NCBI GenBank assembly: GCA_964507125.1 | Contig: CAZDOT010000001.1 | Coordinates: 47,559-111,558, forward strand | DNA: 64,000 nt | Source of the DNA: an uncultured Chitinophagales bacterium | GTDB taxonomy: Bacteria; Bacteroidota; Bacteroidia; Chitinophagales; JADIYW01 | Direction: 5' to 3' | In this document: in pieces, positions 57,916 to 64,000 of the stretch | How positions within the stretch are numbered: the stretch's first letter is position 1 | Layout: every line of letters starts with the position of its first letter | The notes under the pieces: generated by a model | The model's database searches: none | Seen by the model: only the letters and a program-made list of their open reading frames with translations | What the model was told of the DNA's origin: nothing | Position numbers and translations under genes: made by a program

Positions 57916-59688
57916 TTAAAAACGAGCTTGAATGTCGGATAATTTCCCTTTCGGAATGGCGGCAATCAATTGTTTGGTGTATTCGCGTTGTGGATTATTG
58001 TAAATTTCATCAGCAATGCCCATTTCTTCTATCCTACCTTTGTTCATCACCACCATTCTATCGCTCATAAATTTCACTACCGATAAGTCGTGCGAAATAA
58101 AGATATACGTAAACTTAAATTCTTCGCGTAGTTGTATCAATAAATTCAACACTTGTGCTTGCACAGAAACGTCTAATGCCGAAACTGACTCATCACAAAT
58201 AATAAATTTGGGATTTAATGCCAAAGCACGTGCAATACAAATACGTTGACGTTGTCCGCCGGAAAACTCGTGCGGATAACGTTGGAAATGTTCCGCTTTC
58301 ATGTTTACTTTTTCCAGCAATTCTATCACTTTATCTTTTCGTTCGGCATCATTACTGTATTTATTATGCACTTGCATAGGTTCTAAAATCGCATTTCCAA
58401 TTGTCATTCTCGGATTTAAAGACGAATAAGGATCTTGGAAAATAATTTGCATGTGCTCACGCAATTCTTTCAAATCGCGTTGACCTAAATTAAAAATATC
58501 TTTGCCATCAAAAATAGCCTTTCCTCCGGTTGGTTCTATCAAGCGTAGAATTGTTCTACCAAGCGTCGTTTTTCCGCAACCACTCTCACCTACTAAACCA
58601 AGCGTTTCTCCTTCATACACATCGAATGAAACATCGTCAACGGCTTTCACATATTCCAACGGTTTACCAAAGATGTTGGTTTTGGATGGAAACCACGTTT
58701 GTATATTTTTTAATTGCAAAATCGGATTTCCTTGTTGCAAAGTATCATACCTTTTTTTGGTTTGTTCATCGCTTACTATAAATGCTTCTACCAACGCATT
58801 CATATCTGCTGCTTTTTCGGTAATTACGCCGTCTTTTTCTTCCATAAAATCGGCAATAACAGGCAATTTGTGCAAGCGTTTATCCAATGGCGGACGGCAA
58901 GCTAATAAGCCTTTCGTATATGGATGTTTAGGATTAGAGAAAATATCTAACACGGTTCCTTGTTCCACAATTTTCCCTTTGTACATCACGATTACTCTGT
59001 CTGCAATTTCTGCGATAACACCTAAATCATGTGTAATAAAAATGGTGGACATGCCTGTTTCTCTACTCAAATCATTGATGAGTTCTAAGATGGTTTTTTG
59101 TACCGTTACATCTAATGCTGTTGTAGGTTCATCGGCAATTAATATTTTAGGTTGGCAACTCATTGCCATGGCAATCATTACACGTTGTTTTTGTCCGCCG
59201 GAAAGCTGGTGCGGATACGCATTTAATGCACGTTTCGGATCGGGCAATTTCACTTTTGCAAATAACTCTAACGTTTTTTCTTCGGCTTCTTTTTTGGTTA
59301 TTTTTTGATGCAACATCAAGGCTTCCGCCACTTGATTACCGCAAGTGAAAACAGGATTTAAGGAAGTCATTGGTTCTTGGAAAATCATGGAAATTTCATT
59401 ACCACGAAACTCGCGCATCATCGCATCTTCTACTTTCACCAAATCTATCGGTGTTTTTCCATCGCGATAATAATTAATTTCTCCACCGGTAATTTTTCCG
59501 GGCGGATTCGGTATTAGTCGCATGATAGATAAGGAAGTAACGGATTTACCCGAACCGGATTCACCTACTATACCTATCACCTCGCCTTTATTTACTTGAA
59601 AAGAAACATCGTTTACGGCTTTTACTAATCCGTTTTCTGTTTTAAACTCTGTAACTAAATTTTTTACATCTAAAAGTAATTCCGCCAT
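57916..59688 (-). CDS. ABC transporter ATP-binding protein with two fused ABC cassettes (Dpp/Opp/GsiA-YejF type)
   Basis: Two Walker A motifs (GESGSGKS, GESGCGKT), two signature motifs (LSGGQKQR, FSGGQRQR), and two oligopeptide-type C-terminal motifs (HPYTKGLL, REYTKQLI). No permease or binding-protein gene is adjacent. Confidence 0.88.
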   Translation of the reverse strand: MAELLLDVKNLVTEFKTENGLVKAVNDVSFQVNKGEVIGIVGESGSGKSVTSLSIMRLIPNPPGKITGGEINYYRDGKTPIDLVKVEDAMMREFRGNEISMIFQEPMTSLNPVFTCGNQVAEALMLHQKITKKEAEEKTLELFAKVKLPDPKRALNAYPHQLSGGQKQRVMIAMAMSCQPKILIADEPTTALDVTVQKTILELINDLSRETGMSTIFITHDLGVIAEIADRVIVMYKGKIVEQGTVLDIFSNPKHPYTKGLLACRPPLDKRLHKLPVIADFMEEKDGVITEKAADMNALVEAFIVSDEQTKKRYDTLQQGNPILQLKNIQTWFPSKTNIFGKPLEYVKAVDDVSFDVYEGETLGLVGESGCGKTTLGRTILRLIEPTGGKAIFDGKDIFNLGQRDLKELREHMQIIFQDPYSSLNPRMTIGNAILEPMQVHNKYSNDAERKDKVIELLEKVNMKAEHFQRYPHEFSGGQRQRICIARALALNPKFIICDESVSALDVSVQAQVLNLLIQLREEFKFTYIFISHDLSVVKFMSDRMVVMNKGRIEEMGIADEIYNNPQREYTKQLIAAIPKGKLSDIQARF

Positions 59689-59738
59689 ACGTCTAAATTC
59701 ATTTGTAGAAAAAACAAACTCTAATAAAGAGATGCTTG

Positions 59739-60467
59739 TTAATTTTTGTATTTAATATTATTGTCCGAAATTAAAGATAATCCTTTTAATTTCAATAAAA
59801 TTTGTGCTACAGTTAACACATCTTTCTGACAATAAGTTTTAATGCGTTCCAAACCTTTCTCATTCCAATATACGTTACCTACATCTTTTCCGGAGATATC
59901 GTCTTTCGGCGAAGGAACACCTAAACAATGTGCTAATAATTTGAGTGAAATATAATTTTTATAATCGCCAAATTTCCACCAATCCATAGAATCGAGTAGA
60001 CCGGCTTCCCAAGGTTTTTTATTTTGTAAAGACTCAAAATAATCCGGTAATTTCATGGCGTTAATTAACATCCTGCGGCAAATATAAGGCACATCAAATT
60101 CGCGAATATTATGACCGCACAAACTCAAATTGCGTTTTTGTCGTAGTTGTGTTTGCAAAAATTGGGAAAAATCCGCTAATAATTTACGTTCATCATCTCC
60201 ATAAAAAGAAATTAATTCAAACTCTTGAAATAAACCGTTAGAACTAAATGTGCCTACAGAAATGCATATAATTTTACCAAACTCTGCTAAGATTGCGGCA
60301 TTATTAAAATAATAGTCCTCTTTTGATTCGTTTTCAGCACGTAATTTCCCTCTTTTTTCTTCCCATAATTCTTGTTCATAACTGCCCAATTCTTGGTATT
60401 TTGCCCTATTAGGCACTGTTTCAATATCAATAAACAAAACATCATCAATTTTCACATTTTCAAGCAT
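59739..60467 (-). CDS. DEDDy-type 3'-5' exonuclease (RNase H-like fold)
   Basis: Start set at ATG 60467 (MLENVKIDDVLFIDIETVP = Exo I DxE). Exo II is GHNIREFDVPYI and Exo III is YCQKDV. The ORF-track N-terminal extension is AT-rich promoter-like sequence. Confidence 0.75.
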   Translation of the reverse strand: MLENVKIDDVLFIDIETVPNRAKYQELGSYEQELWEEKRGKLRAENESKEDYYFNNAAILAEFGKIICISVGTFSSNGLFQEFELISFYGDDERKLLADFSQFLQTQLRQKRNLSLCGHNIREFDVPYICRRMLINAMKLPDYFESLQNKKPWEAGLLDSMDWWKFGDYKNYISLKLLAHCLGVPSPKDDISGKDVGNVYWNEKGLERIKTYCQKDVLTVAQILLKLKGLSLISDNNIKYKN

Positions 60468-60586
60468 ATACGCATTTTTATAGTTATACAATTTGGAATA
60501 CTTCGCAAGATAAAACGAATTAAAGATAAAAAATAATGATTTTTTTATGTAGCTTTGTTTAACGTAAACAATAAAAAACACTTTTT

Positions 60587-61546
60587 ATGAGCGAAAATGA
60601 AACTTCCAACTCAAATGGGAAATTACATGCAATGTATATTGTATTAATTGCCTTATTAATTGGTGGATTGGTGTACACCAACCTCAAATTAAAGAAATCA
60701 AAAGAAACAATTGTCGTTACAGAAAAACAACGCGACGATGTTACTACTTTAAAACAAGAATTAGACCGTAAATATGCGGAGTCTATGCAAGAAATTGAAA
60801 GCTACCGTGCTGAAAATGCAGGCTTAGACAGTTTATTAACGGTAAAAGAACAAGAATTAACGGCAAAACGAGCAAAAGTAGATGCCTTATTATCTGAAGT
60901 AGCTAAATTAAAAACAGGCGATGCTACAAAATCTAAATTGTTAGCTGAAGCTCAAGCTTTACTTAAGCAAATGGAAGACGATAAAGTGCGTATGCAAACG
61001 TCTATCGACTCTTTGTTGACTGTAAACCAGCAGTTATATCAAGAGCGCGACAGCATTTCTGGTGAGTTAAAAACAACAATGCAGAAAAAACAAGAAATTG
61101 ATGATGAAAACAAAAAAATGAAAGATAGAATAGACAAAGCTTCTATTCTTACAACTTCAAACATTCAATGTTCTCCCATCCGCATCACTAAAAAAGGAAA
61201 AGAAGATGAAGTGAGCAAAGCTAAAGATGCAGAAAAACTAAGAATCTGTTTCGACTTATTACAAAATAAAATTGCACCAAGTGGACCAACAGAAATAGCA
61301 ATTCGTATTATTTCGCCGGATGGTTCTACAATTCAAATGCAAAGTTTAGGTAGCGGTACATTTAATGAAGCCACAACCGGAAACGAAATTCCATACACAT
61401 ATAACATTTCTCCGGATTACCAAAATGATACTAAAACTGTTTGTTCTTATTGGGCACAAACATTTAAGTTTGCTTCCGGAAAATATTCTGTTGAAGTATA
61501 TCAAAACGGTTTCTTAATCGGACAATCTACTTTCACAATGAAATAA
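60587..61546 (+). CDS. Membrane-anchored coiled-coil protein with a C-terminal beta-rich domain, function unknown
   Basis: One N-terminal TM helix (MYIVLIALLIGGLVY), about 150 aa of coiled coil, then a beta-rich C-terminal domain. A strong terminator follows. Confidence 0.6.
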   Translation: MSENETSNSNGKLHAMYIVLIALLIGGLVYTNLKLKKSKETIVVTEKQRDDVTTLKQELDRKYAESMQEIESYRAENAGLDSLLTVKEQELTAKRAKVDALLSEVAKLKTGDATKSKLLAEAQALLKQMEDDKVRMQTSIDSLLTVNQQLYQERDSISGELKTTMQKKQEIDDENKKMKDRIDKASILTTSNIQCSPIRITKKGKEDEVSKAKDAEKLRICFDLLQNKIAPSGPTEIAIRIISPDGSTIQMQSLGSGTFNEATTGNEIPYTYNISPDYQNDTKTVCSYWAQTFKFASGKYSVEVYQNGFLIGQSTFTMK

Positions 61547-61568
61547 ACTCCATTTAAAAGAGTAATTT

Positions 61569-61595
61569 TGGGCAGCCTTACGGCTGCCCATTTTT
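61569..61595 (+). terminator. Rho-independent terminator whose T-run directly abuts the next start codon
   Basis: TGGGCAGCC-TTAC-GGCTGCCCA followed by TTTTT. The ATG of the next gene is at 61596. Confidence 0.75.
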
Positions 61596-62513
61596 ATGCA
61601 ATCTAATTTTTACAAAGGTGTTATTTTAGTATTTTTTGGAGCACTCTGCTTTTCTACCAAAGGTATATTTGCCAAATTAGCCTTTAAGTATGGTGTAAAT
61701 GGTTTACAAATTCTAATGTTACGCATGTTATTTGCTCTGCCATTTTATGTAGTTATTTTATGGAATGAATATAGAATAAAACAACCTTCCGTAATACGAA
61801 AAAATGATTGGATAAACATCATCACACTCGGATTAATTGGCTATTATTTGGCTGCATTATTTGATTTTATTGGATTGCAATACGTAAGTGCCTCGTTGGA
61901 ACGAAATATCATTTTCACGTATCCAACATTTGTACTCATCATGTCTAAAATATTCTTCAACAGAAAAATTAATACTACGCAAATAACAGCAGTCATCATT
62001 TGTTATCTCGGAATTGTTATTGCCTTTTATTCCGATAAAGCTTCGTATGATTCAGCTAATTTAACGAAAGGAACGATTTATATTTTACTCAGTGCACTCA
62101 CGTATGCCTTGTATTTAGTAAAAAGCGATACACTGATAAAAAACATTGGAACAGTCCGTTTTACTTGTATTTCCATGATAGTATCTTGCTTAGCGGTTAT
62201 CGTGCATTTTGTTTTATTACATGGATGGAATATTTTTAATTTTCCGGCACAAGTTTATTATATCGGACTTGTAATTGCAATAATCAGCACGGTATTACCT
62301 TCATTTTTGATGACGAAAGGTATTGCCTATATTGGCTCATCTAACATGGCAATAATAGCAAGTATTGGCCCAATAGCAACCATTTTTCTTTCTTATTATA
62401 TTTTGAACGAGCAGTTTACACTTCTGCATCTTATCGGTACAGCGTTTGTTTTAATCGGTGTGCTGTTTATCAGCATACAAGGAAATAAAAAAAATAAAAT
62501 AATAGAAGGATAA
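61596..62513 (+). CDS. EamA/DMT-family transporter
   Basis: Ten TM helices in two EamA-like halves. The N-terminus KGVILVFFGALCFSTKGIFAKLA is typical of the family. Confidence 0.85.
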   Translation: MQSNFYKGVILVFFGALCFSTKGIFAKLAFKYGVNGLQILMLRMLFALPFYVVILWNEYRIKQPSVIRKNDWINIITLGLIGYYLAALFDFIGLQYVSASLERNIIFTYPTFVLIMSKIFFNRKINTTQITAVIICYLGIVIAFYSDKASYDSANLTKGTIYILLSALTYALYLVKSDTLIKNIGTVRFTCISMIVSCLAVIVHFVLLHGWNIFNFPAQVYYIGLVIAIISTVLPSFLMTKGIAYIGSSNMAIIASIGPIATIFLSYYILNEQFTLLHLIGTAFVLIGVLFISIQGNKKNKIIEG

Positions 62514-62584
62514 GTTTTTTAGCATATTTTATCAAACGCTCGTTTGGTAAATATATTTGCTTATTTTTGTTCAAAATTACAATC

Positions 62585-63373
62585 ATGTTTCAACCAGATT
62601 TATTTAAAGGAAAAATTGTATTAGTAACCGGTGGTGGAAGCGGCATTGGATATGCCATTGCAAAGAAATATATTGAACTTGGAGCGACCGTTTATATTGC
62701 CTCACGTAATGCTGAGAAATTAGAAAAAGCAGTAAATGAATTGAAAACTTTCGGCGATGTACGAAGTGCCATTGCAGATATCCGCGAAACAGCACATATA
62801 GAAGCATTAGCTTCAAAAATAAAAGATGAAGTTGGCCGATTGGATATTTTGGTAAATAATGCCGGCGGACAATTTCCATCTGCAGCAGAAAATATTTCGT
62901 ATAATGGATTTCGGGCTGTGGTAACCAATAATTTAATTGGAACATTTTATGTAACTCAGATAATGGCGAAAACATTTTTCATTCCGCAAAAAGATGGAAA
63001 TATCGTGAATATCATTGCTAATATTTTTCGTGGTTTTCCGGGCATGGTACACACCGGAGCGGCACGTGCCGGCGTAGATAATCTCACAAAAACATTAGCG
63101 ATAGAATGGGTTCGATTCAACATTCGTGTAAATGCCGTAGCTCCTGGAATTATTAGTTCTTCCGGCATGGACACCTATCCACCTGAAATATTAAAAGGCA
63201 TAGAAAACAGTATCCCGAATCATAGAATGGGCACAACGGAAGAAGTAGCATATCCTGTTGTCTTTTTATCATCGCCAATGGCATCTTATATTTCCGGTGA
63301 AACCTTATATGTGGATGCCGGCAATCGACTTTGGGGCGACCAATGGAAAATGTGGAGCGAATCGTTGACCTAA
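62585..63373 (+). CDS. SDR-family oxidoreductase (enoyl/dienoyl-CoA reductase-like)
   Basis: The ATG at 62585 is preferred over the TTG at 62567. Cofactor motif TGGGSGIG, an NNAG motif, and a C-terminal SSPMASYISGETLYVDAG. Confidence 0.85.
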   Translation: MFQPDLFKGKIVLVTGGGSGIGYAIAKKYIELGATVYIASRNAEKLEKAVNELKTFGDVRSAIADIRETAHIEALASKIKDEVGRLDILVNNAGGQFPSAAENISYNGFRAVVTNNLIGTFYVTQIMAKTFFIPQKDGNIVNIIANIFRGFPGMVHTGAARAGVDNLTKTLAIEWVRFNIRVNAVAPGIISSSGMDTYPPEILKGIENSIPNHRMGTTEEVAYPVVFLSSPMASYISGETLYVDAGNRLWGDQWKMWSESLT

Positions 63374-63423
63374 TAAATTTGAGACTTGAGATTTATAATA
63401 TGAAAAAACTACCAATATCTATA

Positions 63424-63465
63424 GACCAATGACTATTGACTATTGACCATCGACTATCGACCAAA
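63424..63465 (+). repeat. Heptamer array GACCAAT GACTATT GACTATT GACCATC GACTATC GACCAAA immediately upstream of the MATE transporter start
   Basis: Read directly: six tandem GACYAWY units ending 4 nt before the ATG at 63470. It is the same motif family as 43531..43564. Confidence 0.8.
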
Positions 63466-63469
63466 AAAA

Positions 63470-64000
63470 ATGCAATTAAAAGGTACATATAAAGAAATTT
63501 GGCAAATCTCCTATCCTATTATTTTAGGTAGTTTAGCCCATTCAATTAATCAATTAATTGATACAGCTTACTTAGGACATTCCTCCAAAACTGCATTAGA
63601 GTCCATTACATTAGCCGGTATTTATTATTTCGTGTTTGTATTTATTGCAGGTGGTTTGGCTCGTGGTGCACAGGTTATCATTGCCAGACACAGTGGTGAA
63701 AACAAACCGGAATTAATTGGAAAATCATTGGATCATTTAATCATGATGGCAAGTATTTTATCTATTTTTTTAATGCTGTTTTTTAGATATGCAACGCCGT
63801 TTATTATTCCAATGGTAGTTAAATCTACCGCCATTCAACAAGCTGTTTTAGAGTATATTTTCATGATGAATTATGCTGTATTTCCTGTTGTTTTAGGATT
63901 TTGTTTCAATGGATTTTATACCGGCATCGGACAAACAAGAATTATTACAGTTGCAACGGTTTTCATGGCTATCACCAATATCCTATTTGGCTATATATTT
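63470..64000 (+). CDS. MATE-family efflux transporter (3' end beyond window)
   Basis: My own translation from ATG 63470: MQLKGTYKEIWQISYPIILGSLAHSINQLIDTAYLGH...GLARGAQVIIARHSGENK. This is a typical MATE N-terminus, and the frame stays open to the window end. It is absent from the ORF track because no stop is reached. Confidence 0.8.
   Translation, partial: MQLKGTYKEIWQISYPIILGSLAHSINQLIDTAYLGHSSKTALESITLAGIYYFVFVFIAGGLARGAQVIIARHSGENKPELIGKSLDHLIMMASILSIFLMLFFRYATPFIIPMVVKSTAIQQAVLEYIFMMNYAVFPVVLGFCFNGFYTGIGQTRIITVATVFMAITNILFGYIF

Noticed and set aside
58502-59308. 268-codon ORF antisense to the ABC ATPase gene. Similar long antisense ORFs occur at 57341..57841, 52383..52784, 49793..50221, 50708..51088, 37019..37366, 37671..38039 and 16436..16792.
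   Set aside because: Each lies entirely inside a gene with strong family motifs on the other strand. Their products are low complexity (Ser/Phe/Cys/Ile-rich) with no motifs, as expected for chance antisense frames.

Overview
AT-rich chromosomal window from a Bacteroidota-type genome. The lineage call rests on a type-IX-secretion C-terminal sorting domain, recurrent TAnnTTTG -7 promoter boxes, no obvious Shine-Dalgarno sequences, and CzcA/DUF6660-type gene neighbourhoods. Most of the content is core housekeeping: mnmA, galK, coaD, rpsP-rimM-trmD-rplS, pyrG, glpK, a pyrC-like amidohydrolase, fumC, rnr, and a complete 14-subunit NADH:quinone oxidoreductase operon (nuoA-N, minus strand, about 28.8-45.2 kb). 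I found no rRNA, tRNA, CRISPR array, transposase, integrase or recognisable defence system, and I cannot point to a convincing novel multi-gene system. Six local oddities deserve a second look. (1) A heavy-metal RND pump (CzcA) and its TolC-like outer-membrane factor are encoded as one 1452-codon ORF, with a signal-peptide-like segment and an in-frame GTG exactly at the junction. (2) The nuo operon is interrupted by three non-nuo ORFs: an OmpA-domain lipoprotein between nuoK and nuoL, a Baeyer-Villiger-type flavin monooxygenase between nuoF and nuoG, and a 79-codon membrane ORF between nuoL and nuoM. An enoyl-CoA hydratase and fumC follow nuoN with very small gaps. (3) A 199-bp non-coding, hairpin-rich insert bounded by perfect 31-bp direct repeats lies in the convergent gap downstream of rnr. 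(4) Two tandem paralogous genes encode tiny Ala/Thr/Glu-rich lipoproteins with near-identical 5' ends. (5) GACYAWY heptamer arrays abut two start codons. (6) Promoter -7 boxes sit 4-5 nt from several start codons, which suggests leaderless mRNAs. All functional calls come from motif-level reading of the supplied translations. No database search was run.
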